From the NCBI GenBank assembly GCA_030426805.1, contig JAUHXU010000003.1, forward strand, positions 665,488-729,487: a stretch of 64,000 nucleotides of DNA. Direction: 5' to 3'. Positions 28,360 through 36,487 of the stretch are shown here, piece after piece (position 1 is the stretch's first letter; each line of letters begins with the position of its first letter). The stretch is from a bacterium (GTDB taxonomy: Bacteria; Planctomycetota; JAFGQW01). The notes under the pieces were generated by a model. It worked only from the letters and a program-made list of their open reading frames with translations. It had not been told where the DNA came from and ran no database searches. The translations under genes were made by a program, and so were the position numbers.

Positions 28360-29052
28360 ATGAACGGGCAACGTGGCTTTACACTCATCGAGCTGATGAT
28401 CGTCGTCGGGATCATCGCGATCCTCGCGTCGATCGCGATTCCCAACCTCGTGAACGCGCGAGTGCTGTCGAACGAGACGGCCGCGGTCGCGACGCTGCGC
28501 ACGATCACCTCGGCGCAGGCACAGTTCCAGACGTCGCGGGTGATCGACGTCGACGAGAACGGCCAAGGCGAGTTCGGCTACTTCGGCGACATGTCGGGCG
28601 CCACCGCGGTGCGCACGAACGCCGGGGTCAACGCCGGCGAGGTCGTGATGACCCCCGTGCTGAGTTCCGCGTTCCGCTCCATCGAGTCCGGCGTCGTCAC
28701 GAAGGCCGGCTACATGTTCCGAATCGCGATCGCCGACGTCGACGGCGTCGGCGTGCTCGAAGCGGCCAACGGCGGGGCCACGCAGCTGCTCGTCGGCGGC
28801 AACGCCGAGATCTTCTGGTGCTGCTACGCCTGGCCGATCACCTACCGTACGTCCGGCACGCGCGCGTTCTTCGTCAACCAGGAGGGCGACGTGCTGATGA
28901 CGAACAACCGGGCGACCGAATACAGCGGCCAGTTCGCCTCGCCGGAGATGGACGCCGCGTTCGTCGCTCCCTCCACCGACGACGCGATCGTCGGCCTCGT
29001 CGCGGTGAACACGACGGGCACCGACGGCAACCTCTGGATCCCGGTCAACTAA
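28360..29052 (+). CDS. Prepilin-type N-terminal cleavage/methylation domain protein (type IV pilin or T2SS pseudopilin-like)
   Basis: N-terminus MNGQRGFTLIELMIVVGIIAILASIAIPNL is the classic class III signal with an N-methylation site. GGAGG RBS. Confidence 0.85.
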   Translation: MNGQRGFTLIELMIVVGIIAILASIAIPNLVNARVLSNETAAVATLRTITSAQAQFQTSRVIDVDENGQGEFGYFGDMSGATAVRTNAGVNAGEVVMTPVLSSAFRSIESGVVTKAGYMFRIAIADVDGVGVLEAANGGATQLLVGGNAEIFWCCYAWPITYRTSGTRAFFVNQEGDVLMTNNRATEYSGQFASPEMDAAFVAPSTDDAIVGLVAVNTTGTDGNLWIPVN

Positions 29053-29067
29053 GACCGGCGCTCGGAT

Positions 29068-29337
29068 CTACCGAATGGTCGGGTTGTCTCGGGTCTGTTC
29101 GCCGAACGATCGTCGATCGTGTCGGTCCAACGCGTCCGCGATCCGCCGGCGCGGCCGGTAGGTCGCGACCTCCCACACGGAACCGAGGCCGTCGAACAGG
29201 ACGAACGCGACCGCACCGATGATCAAGCCGAGCGTCCAGCCCAGGAGCAGGCAAGCCACACCGGTGCCGATCGCGAGCACGATGAGCGTCGCGACCGCGA
29301 TCTGGAGCCCGAAGTGTTGAACCATCCGTCGTAGCAT
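29068..29337 (-). CDS. Small two-TM membrane protein (hypothetical)
   Basis: MLRRMVQHFGLQIAVATLIVLAIGTGVACLLLGWTLGLIIGAVAFVLFDGLGSVWEV... has a GGAGAC RBS. It is embedded in a longer R/E-rich artefact ORF (29068-30189). Confidence 0.4.
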   Translation of the reverse strand: MLRRMVQHFGLQIAVATLIVLAIGTGVACLLLGWTLGLIIGAVAFVLFDGLGSVWEVATYRPRRRIADALDRHDRRSFGEQTRDNPTIR

Positions 29338-29376
29338 GGGGTCTCCGCAATGGGCCGCGCGTAGAATGAGTCTATC

Positions 29377-30525
29377 ATGCGCGCGAGCCGAGCGAACCCG
29401 CTGAGGATCACCTCCTACAACCGATTCGCAGCAGTGGGTGCGCTGGCACTGATCGTCGCGACGGTCACCCTCGCGATCTACGGGCACGGCAAGTCGGCCG
29501 GGGCAGTCGGCCGCGCGCAGATCGTCGGCGTCGCCCTCACGGTGCTCGCGGCCTATGCAGTCGGACTGCTCGTCGTCGAGGCGCTTCTCGCGCGTTATCG
29601 CCTGCTCGGCATCGTGGCCGGCACGCTCTTCTCGCTCGGATGCGCAGCCGGCGTGCTGCTCGCGCTCACCGAGGGCCCCCGCCTTCGCGGACCGTCGGAG
29701 GTCGCCTACCTCGAAGCGGCGTTCGGCCTCGGCTGCGGTTGGGCGGTCGCGACGACGTGGGTGACGCGAGCGCTTCCGCGAGCGATGTTCGACGGGCTGT
29801 TCGCGGTCGCGCTGACGATCGGGTTGCTCGTCATGGCCGCGACGACCCTCGCACCCCTCGTCCCGAGCCTTCGCTCCCTCGACGACGGGCGCGATCAGGT
29901 GAATCCGGCGTGGCGCGTCATACTCGGTATCTACACCGGCTGCGCGCTGTGTCTCGGCGGTGGCCTTCGCCGATGGCCGCGGACGGTGTTCGCGATCGTC
30001 GCGCTCTTCGCATTCCTCGGCGTCCTGCTCGCGTTCACCGTCGCGGCGTTCTCGGCGGAGACGAGCCGGCCGTTTGCGCTCGCGTGGGCCGCGGGGCTCG
30101 GCCTGACGAGCGCCGCACTCGGCGCCCGCCTGGTGCGATGGGCGCTCGACTTGCCGGCGCCGAAGAGCTTCGAGGACCCGGGCTACCAACGGTTGCTCGC
30201 GTCACGCGATGCGGCGGCCGCGACGAGCGACGACGACGCGCCTCGATTGCGAGTCGACGACGACGGGCTCCTCCACTGCGACGGGCGCACGTATGAGTTC
30301 ATCACTGGCTACGGTCCCGACTTCGTCACACTCGAACTCGTCGACGTGACCGACCGGCGCGCGTCGCGTGAACTCCTGTTCGCGATCAAGGGCGAGGGCC
30401 GGCCGATCGGGTTCCTGGGCGTCGCCAACCGCGGCAAGAGCACCCACGAGAACCACTACCTCCCGCTCGAAGTCGTCGACCATTTCATGTCGGTGGCCCG
30501 GGAGCTCCGTGACGAGGACGAGTAG
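29377..30525 (+). CDS. Polytopic membrane protein with a C-terminal cytoplasmic domain (hypothetical)
   Basis: Six to eight hydrophobic helices followed by a soluble C-terminal region. No recognisable family. Confidence 0.55.
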   Translation: MRASRANPLRITSYNRFAAVGALALIVATVTLAIYGHGKSAGAVGRAQIVGVALTVLAAYAVGLLVVEALLARYRLLGIVAGTLFSLGCAAGVLLALTEGPRLRGPSEVAYLEAAFGLGCGWAVATTWVTRALPRAMFDGLFAVALTIGLLVMAATTLAPLVPSLRSLDDGRDQVNPAWRVILGIYTGCALCLGGGLRRWPRTVFAIVALFAFLGVLLAFTVAAFSAETSRPFALAWAAGLGLTSAALGARLVRWALDLPAPKSFEDPGYQRLLASRDAAAATSDDDAPRLRVDDDGLLHCDGRTYEFITGYGPDFVTLELVDVTDRRASRELLFAIKGEGRPIGFLGVANRGKSTHENHYLPLEVVDHFMSVARELRDEDE

Positions 30526-30558
30526 CGCCGGCCGCGAGATCGTGCGAGAATCCGACGC

Positions 30559-32811
30559 ATGGGCGTCCGGAAGCACCTCTTCGTTTGCGCGATCACGGCC
30601 TGGCTCGCGCTGGTGGGCTCGGCGCAACCGGACGCGGCGGCGGATCTGCTGCCGAAGCCGCTCTTGCGGGACATCGAGAAGCTCGCGAGCGCCCTCGCGC
30701 GCAAGGGACAAACGGCGCACGCGGCGGAGACGGTGCAGTTGCTCGGACGGCTCGGCTACGAGTCGACGACGCTGAAGAAGCTCGACAACACGCTCCGCTC
30801 GAGCACCGCCCGCGAACGGCGGGCTCGGTCCGCGAAGTCGGAAGCGCGCAAGGCCGAGGCGATCGCACGGCGGATCGCGCGGCTCGTCGAGGAAGCGCAC
30901 GAGCCGAACCGCGAGAAACTGGCGCGGCTCGCTCTGTTCTTCGACGCCGACGTGGAGCAGGCGCGCAAGGCGCTCGGCCACACCCGGTCCGACGGCGTCT
31001 GGCGGTCCGCGGCCGAAGCGAAGCGCCTGCAACGCCGCGCGGACATCCAGGCCGCGTTGCAGCGTGCGCGCCGCTTGCCGGTCGACCTCGACGTCACCGA
31101 CAGCACGGACCCGGTGTTTCGGTTCTTCGGCCGGCCCGCGACCGCCGTGCGCTACGGCGGGCTCACGATCCACACCGACATCGGGCGCGGGCGTGCGGTG
31201 AGTCTCGTGCGTGCGGCGCTTCGCGCGAGCGCGCTCTCCGCGTTCATCCGGGGCAAACCGCTCCGGTTGCCCACGTGTGCGGCGAGGCGGCGCATCATCG
31301 TCGTGAAGACGCACGTGTCGTTCGTCGCGCTCCTCGACGAGCTGATCAAGCGCGGGAAGATCGCAAAGGACAAGCGGGCACCGTTCGAGACGCAGGCGTG
31401 GTTCTACGTCGACCGATTTTTCGAGCCCGGCTTTCGCATCTACGAAGTCCGCGAGTACGAGGCGTTCTTGCCGACGTTTGCATACCTCGCGTATGACCTC
31501 AGTGTCGACTGGACCGAAGTCAAGGGGCGCAAGGTACAGCCGTGCTTGCACTTCGGGCACCTGAGCTGGGTCTGCCTCGCGTATCTCGGCGCGGAAGCGC
31601 CCACGCTGTGCGGCGAGGAGATCGACGAGAAGCGCATCGCGGCCCGCTACCCCGACGCCGTCCAGTCGCCGGAGTGGCGACGCGTGAGACACCTGCGCGG
31701 CGCGGGACTCGCGGGCACACGCGCGTGGCTCCGCTACATGGCCGGGCATCGAGCCGATCCCGCCTGGTCGCACGCGATGGTCGACAACGCGGTGAAGCTG
31801 TCCGGCGTGGACGTCTTGAAGAGCACGTTCGTCGTCGAATACCTGCAGGAGGAAGGGCGTTTCGTCGATCTCCTCGAGAAGTCGGCCTTCACGCCGGGAA
31901 GCTCGGCGATGCGCGCGAAGATGGAGAGCGCGCTCGGCGAGCCGATCGCGGCGTTCGACGAACGCTGGCGCGGTTGGCTGATCGGTCGGACCGTCGGGCT
32001 CAAACAACGCCTGACTCCTGCCGATCGTGGGGCGCTGCCCGCACGAACGAGCAAGGCGCTCGCGTACTTGGAACGGATCCGCGCCGAAGCATTCGAACCC
32101 CAGTTCTCCGGGATCGAGCCGCTCGAGATCGAGCCGGAACTCAGCGCCGGCGCGCTCGCTCACGCGCAGTACCTCGCGAAGCACCGCGCGCAGCTCGCGA
32201 AGTGGCCGGACGCGCACGAGGAATACCCCGACCGCGAGGGCTTCTCGGCAGCGGGTGCGTGGGCAGGTCAGCATTCGGTGATCGCGCCGGGCAGCCGCAC
32301 GTCGAAAGACGCGATCGATGGCTGGATGGGCACGTTCTACCACCGCCTTCCGTTGCTCAACCCGTGCCTGCTTCGAATCGGGTGGGGCATGCACGACGAC
32401 ATCGCCGTGCTCGACGCGACGTCGGTGTCGAATCCGTCGCTCCAACGCGGTTGGGTCCCGTGGCCCCCGCCGAACATGCGGTCGGTCCCGGTCGCCTTCC
32501 AACCCGAACTGCCGAACCCGGTGCCCGGGGCGAACCAGGCCGGCTTCGGCTATCCGGTCACGCTGCAGCACTTCGGATGGAGCAGCGAGGCAACCGCGAC
32601 GATGACGCTGCACCACGGCGGTTCGCCGTCCGCGCCACAAGTCGATTGCTGGGCCATCACGCCCGCGACCCCGATCAACCCCGAACTCGTGCCCCCGGGC
32701 GCCTACTGCCTGATTCCGAAAGCGCCCCTGAAGCGCGCCTCCCGCTACACCGTCGTCGCACAGCTCAGCACCGGCGACGAGCCCTGGGTCTGGACGTTCT
32801 CGACCAGATGA
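30559..32811 (+). CDS. Secreted protein with a C-terminal CAP (SCP/PR-1-like) domain
   Basis: Signal peptide MGVRKHLFVCAITAWLALVGSAQP. The C-terminal LAHAQYLAKHRAQ...GQHSVIAPGSRTSKDAIDGWMGTFYHRLPLLNPCLLRIGWGM resembles the CAP domain. Confidence 0.55.
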   Translation: MGVRKHLFVCAITAWLALVGSAQPDAAADLLPKPLLRDIEKLASALARKGQTAHAAETVQLLGRLGYESTTLKKLDNTLRSSTARERRARSAKSEARKAEAIARRIARLVEEAHEPNREKLARLALFFDADVEQARKALGHTRSDGVWRSAAEAKRLQRRADIQAALQRARRLPVDLDVTDSTDPVFRFFGRPATAVRYGGLTIHTDIGRGRAVSLVRAALRASALSAFIRGKPLRLPTCAARRRIIVVKTHVSFVALLDELIKRGKIAKDKRAPFETQAWFYVDRFFEPGFRIYEVREYEAFLPTFAYLAYDLSVDWTEVKGRKVQPCLHFGHLSWVCLAYLGAEAPTLCGEEIDEKRIAARYPDAVQSPEWRRVRHLRGAGLAGTRAWLRYMAGHRADPAWSHAMVDNAVKLSGVDVLKSTFVVEYLQEEGRFVDLLEKSAFTPGSSAMRAKMESALGEPIAAFDERWRGWLIGRTVGLKQRLTPADRGALPARTSKALAYLERIRAEAFEPQFSGIEPLEIEPELSAGALAHAQYLAKHRAQLAKWPDAHEEYPDREGFSAAGAWAGQHSVIAPGSRTSKDAIDGWMGTFYHRLPLLNPCLLRIGWGMHDDIAVLDATSVSNPSLQRGWVPWPPPNMRSVPVAFQPELPNPVPGANQAGFGYPVTLQHFGWSSEATATMTLHHGGSPSAPQVDCWAITPATPINPELVPPGAYCLIPKAPLKRASRYTVVAQLSTGDEPWVWTFSTR

Positions 32812-32826
32812 CGGCGCTCGAGACGC

Positions 32827-35800
32827 TCACCTCGAATCCGACTCGCGCGAAGCCGCCTCGAGCCGGATCCGGACGTGTTGCTCCGACCCCGCGACGAGTG
32901 CGAGTGTGCTCCGATGCGGGGCGTGACCGGGCGCGTTGACGCCGATCGTGTAGTCGCCAGGAAGCACGACAAGCGGCACCAGGCGACCGTCCGCACCGGT
33001 CTTCGTCAGCCCTTCGAGCGCGCGCCGACGGGCTGCGAGCACTTCCGCGCGTGACGTCGACCCACTCGCCTTGCTTGCCTTGCGCGACCATGCGATCAGC
33101 GCAGCCGAACGGCTGAGGTCCAGGGCGAACGGAACCGCGTCGGAACGAACGATCGTGACGGTTGCGTCCGGGCACGGACGGCCGTCCGCCCCGAGCACGA
33201 GGACTCGCGCCGTTGCCGGCGGATCGACGTCGAGTGTCACGTCGGTGGCGGCGCCGTTGCGCAACACGACGCGCGTGGTCGCGACGAGCCGACGGTCGTC
33301 GCTGTCGACGGCGTTCGCGTAGAGCACGTGTTCTCCGGCATCGAGACCGCTCGCGGTGAATTCGCTGTCCAGTCCCAGCGTGACCTGCTTGACACGATGC
33401 AGCCCGGCGGGACGCCGCGCGTAGATCTCGATGCGTGCGTGACGAAGCTCGCCCTCGGGTGGGCGGAGCCGACCGCGCACCGTCGCACCGGTCGAGACGA
33501 GAAACTCGAGCGGCGGCGGATCCCCGGACGCGGGTACGTCGAGTCGAATCGCGTCGGAACGACGGCCGTCGCTCGCGGTCACGGCCAAGGAGTAAGACCC
33601 CGGCGATACGAGCAGCGTGAAGCGGCCGTCTGTCGTCGTGAAGTGACCGCCCATGCGAGCGCTTTGGGACCACTGCGGCTTGGTGCCTTCCGCATCCGCG
33701 AGCGGCCGCGTGCGAATCAGGAACGCGGTCACCGGATCGCCCGTTCGCGCGTCGACCACGCGGCCGGCGACCTCGCGAAGTGCGTCGAGCGTAATGGTCA
33801 GGGGCGCGCTCGACGGGAGGACACCGCTTTCGATGCGGTCGTGATAGCCGCGCTTGAACGCACGCACGTAGTACGGCTGCTCGACGTCCCAGAGCCCGTC
33901 GATCTTGAAGCGGCCGTCGCCGTCGGACTGCGCGATCCGTTGGCAAGGAACGGTCACGTCGCGTACCCGACCGGGCTGGGCGACGGTCGCGCGGATGATC
34001 GCGTCCGCGATCGGCCGTCCCGTTGCGTCGACGACGCGACCCGTGATCGCGGTCCCCCGCTCGAGTGTCACGTCGACGCGTGGCGCCGCGCCGTTGCGGA
34101 CGACGACCGGCGCGTAGATCGCACCGCGCCACGGGGAGGCGTCGCCGTCCACGACGCCGGGTGGGATCACCCGCACCTCGTATTCACCATCCGGCACGCC
34201 CGGAATCGAGTAGTGCCCCCCCGCGTGGGACTCGATCGTGATCCGCCGAACGAACAGGCCGCCTCGCCGAGCGTGCGGAGCCCAGAGACTCACCCGAGCA
34301 CCGACGACATCGGCGCCGCCGGCCGTTCGCACGCGCCCGACGATCGTCGCGCCGGGCAAGAACCGGACGTCGAGTCCATCGACGGTCTCGCCCGCCGTCA
34401 CGCGGACTTCCGCCGAACGAGTCCACCCCAAGCCCGGAGCCGTCGCATACACCCGCAGCGAACGGCCGTTCCCGGCCGGTGCCGGTATCGAGAACGCCCC
34501 GTCGGCGTCGGTTCGCCAGACGATCGGCGGGAGCGGACCGCCATACGCGTCGACCATCGCGGGGTTGGTCGACACGCGCGCGCCCGGCACCGGTCCGGCG
34601 GGGCCGACGACCCGACCGCGAATCGTCGCGGCCGGACGCAGCGCTGCATCGAGTACGCGCTCGACGTCGTAGTGGTTCCATCCCAGCATGAACTGACGCG
34701 GGTAGTAGCCCGGCGCCACGACGATCGGAACCATGTGGCGGTCGTAGGGATTGCGAGCGAATCGTACCAGCTCGAACGAGCCGTCGGCGGCGCTCGTCGT
34801 GCGGTGGTGACGGCCCGCGACGATCGACGCGCCTGCGATCGGCTCACCGGTGACGCGATCGGTCACACGTCCGGCGAGGCGGATCGTCGGCGCGAGCACG
34901 ACGTCCCGTTCGACCGTGGCGCCGGCAGCGACGACGATCGCATCGCTGTGCGTCTGGGGACCGTTGTCCGGCACGACCCGCAGCCGCACCGTGCCCTGCG
35001 CAACGCCGTCGAGTCGGAAGCGTCCGTCATCGCCCGTGCGCGTGCTGCCGAGCGGTGCCCGCGAGCCCGCGTAGTTCCGTCGGTAGTCGAACGCATCGTT
35101 CGCCCGCCAGTGGTAGAGTGCGACCCGCGCACCGGCGACCGGCGTCGATCCCTCCGCGAGCAGGACGCGGCCCCGCACCGTCGCGGCCCGGTCGAGCACG
35201 AAGTCGACGCGAGTGTGCGGGGTCGCGTGTCGACGAACGCGACCGTGCCCTTCGGCCGACGCCTCGACGACGCAGCGCGTGTCGAGCGACCCGAGGCGAT
35301 AGTGCCCCGCATCGTCGGCGCGGGTTTCGGCAATGACCTCGAGATCGACGGCGTATGGTTCATACGCGAGCGCTCGCACCAATGCTCTCGCGAGCGCGGC
35401 GCCGTCGACACCCCGCACGACGCCGCTGACCGCGCCCGGGCCGGGTTCGATCGACACCGGCGGCGTCGCGGCCGGCTCGCTCGTGCGAGGTCGAGCCGCC
35501 GGTGTCGATGTGACCGGCGGAGCGGCAGCAGTTGGAGCCTCGGGCGCCCCGTCGTCGCGCGCGACGCCGGGTGCCGCGCCGGTCGGACGTGTCGGGTCGG
35601 GAGATCCCGGCCAAAACAGCACGGTCGCCGCAACGGTCGCAACGGTCGCAACGGTCGCAACGGTCGCGACGGCGAACTTCGTCTTGATACCCATCAGCAC
35701 GACTCCAGTCGGGATTCGGGGGAGAAACGTCGACGCGACGGGGGCGATGATCACACCGAGCGCGCGGTCGCGATCGGAGTCGCCGCCGAACTCGCGCCCC

Positions 35801-36267
35801 AAACGCGCCCGCAACTGTGCCAAGCCTCGCGACAGTCGCTTTTCGATCGTCCCGACCGCCACGTCGTGACGGCGCGCGATCTCACGCGGCGGAAGGTCAT
35901 TGAAGTAGCGGCGCAGGATCGCGCTTCGATACGGCTCGTCAAGCGCGAAGACCGCGTGCACGACGCGCTGCCGAACCGCTTCTCGCTCGCTCATCTCCGC
36001 GACCGACGGCAACGTCTCCGCGCGGGCGACTCGGGGCTCGAGAGCACGACGCCGCTCGCGTTCCCTGTGGTGACGGCGAGCGAGATTGCGGACGACACCA
36101 CGAAGCCACGCGCGGGGATGGGACGGAGAGCCGGCGGAGCGCTCGAGCGCCGCGACCCAGGTCTCGTGGACCAGGTCCTCCGCTGCATGCTCGTCGGTGA
36201 CGAGGCGCATCGCGAGCGCACGCACCCATGCGTCGTGCGCGAGGAGTTCATCGAGGCTGATCCGCAT
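32827..36267 (-). CDS. ECF sigma-70 factor fused in-frame to a TM helix and a roughly 900-aa extracytoplasmic region of carboxypeptidase-regulatory-like (CarbopepD_reg_2) repeats
   Basis: N-terminus MRISLDELLAHDAWVRALAMRL...HETWVAALER (sigma region 2) ...LDEPYRSAILRRYFNDLPPREIARRHDVAVGTIEKRLSRGLAQLRARL (sigma region 4). This is followed by a TM segment (VLMGIKTKFAVATVATVATVATVAATVLFW) and at least seven repeats of the type T(I/V)xGRV(V/T)DxxGxP(I/V)AGAx(V/I). The ORF track shows a continuous frame from 36756. ATG at 36267 with a GGAG RBS. Confidence 0.7.
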   Translation of the reverse strand: MRISLDELLAHDAWVRALAMRLVTDEHAAEDLVHETWVAALERSAGSPSHPRAWLRGVVRNLARRHHRERERRRALEPRVARAETLPSVAEMSEREAVRQRVVHAVFALDEPYRSAILRRYFNDLPPREIARRHDVAVGTIEKRLSRGLAQLRARLGREFGGDSDRDRALGVIIAPVASTFLPRIPTGVVLMGIKTKFAVATVATVATVATVAATVLFWPGSPDPTRPTGAAPGVARDDGAPEAPTAAAPPVTSTPAARPRTSEPAATPPVSIEPGPGAVSGVVRGVDGAALARALVRALAYEPYAVDLEVIAETRADDAGHYRLGSLDTRCVVEASAEGHGRVRRHATPHTRVDFVLDRAATVRGRVLLAEGSTPVAGARVALYHWRANDAFDYRRNYAGSRAPLGSTRTGDDGRFRLDGVAQGTVRLRVVPDNGPQTHSDAIVVAAGATVERDVVLAPTIRLAGRVTDRVTGEPIAGASIVAGRHHRTTSAADGSFELVRFARNPYDRHMVPIVVAPGYYPRQFMLGWNHYDVERVLDAALRPAATIRGRVVGPAGPVPGARVSTNPAMVDAYGGPLPPIVWRTDADGAFSIPAPAGNGRSLRVYATAPGLGWTRSAEVRVTAGETVDGLDVRFLPGATIVGRVRTAGGADVVGARVSLWAPHARRGGLFVRRITIESHAGGHYSIPGVPDGEYEVRVIPPGVVDGDASPWRGAIYAPVVVRNGAAPRVDVTLERGTAITGRVVDATGRPIADAIIRATVAQPGRVRDVTVPCQRIAQSDGDGRFKIDGLWDVEQPYYVRAFKRGYHDRIESGVLPSSAPLTITLDALREVAGRVVDARTGDPVTAFLIRTRPLADAEGTKPQWSQSARMGGHFTTTDGRFTLLVSPGSYSLAVTASDGRRSDAIRLDVPASGDPPPLEFLVSTGATVRGRLRPPEGELRHARIEIYARRPAGLHRVKQVTLGLDSEFTASGLDAGEHVLYANAVDSDDRRLVATTRVVLRNGAATDVTLDVDPPATARVLVLGADGRPCPDATVTIVRSDAVPFALDLSRSAALIAWSRKASKASGSTSRAEVLAARRRALEGLTKTGADGRLVPLVVLPGDYTIGVNAPGHAPHRSTLALVAGSEQHVRIRLEAASRESDSR
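35621..35674. repeat. Tandem 9-bp repeat (GCAACGGTC, 4 perfect and 2 imperfect units) inside the TM-encoding segment of the ECF-fusion gene
   Basis: Perfect units at 35630-35665 encode (VAT)n on the minus strand. Confidence 0.8.
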
Positions 36268-36352
36268 CGCTGCTCCGGTCGTGTCCGTCCTCACAGTGCC
36301 TCGGCCGCCGGAATCCCGGACCGATCGGCGCCCGCAATTTTCGAAAACGTGC

Positions 36353-36380
36353 CGAACGCCCGGGGGTTCGACGGCGGTTC
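36353..36380 (-). promoter_or_regulatory. Candidate ECF-type promoter (GGAAC-N18-CGTTC) upstream of the ECF-fusion gene
   Basis: On the minus strand, GGAAC lies at 36380-36376 and CGTTC at 36357-36353. Speculative autoregulated ECF promoter. Confidence 0.25.
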
Positions 36381-36487
36381 CAACCGCTGCCGTGTACGGG
36401 TGGTGGCTACCTGACGCGCCGTTGACGATCGTGCGTGGGCCGGCTACCGTCTGGGCGGTGGTGGCGGGAAGTGACGGGAGCGCAACG

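Noticed and set aside
29068-30189. 373-aa minus-strand ORF
   Set aside because: It is R/E/D low complexity apart from its last ~90 aa, which were kept as a small membrane protein; it is antisense to a convincing polytopic membrane protein
33328-36414. 1028-aa plus-strand ORF antisense to the ECF-fusion gene
   Set aside because: The opposite strand carries recognisable sigma-70 and CarbopepD_reg repeat signatures
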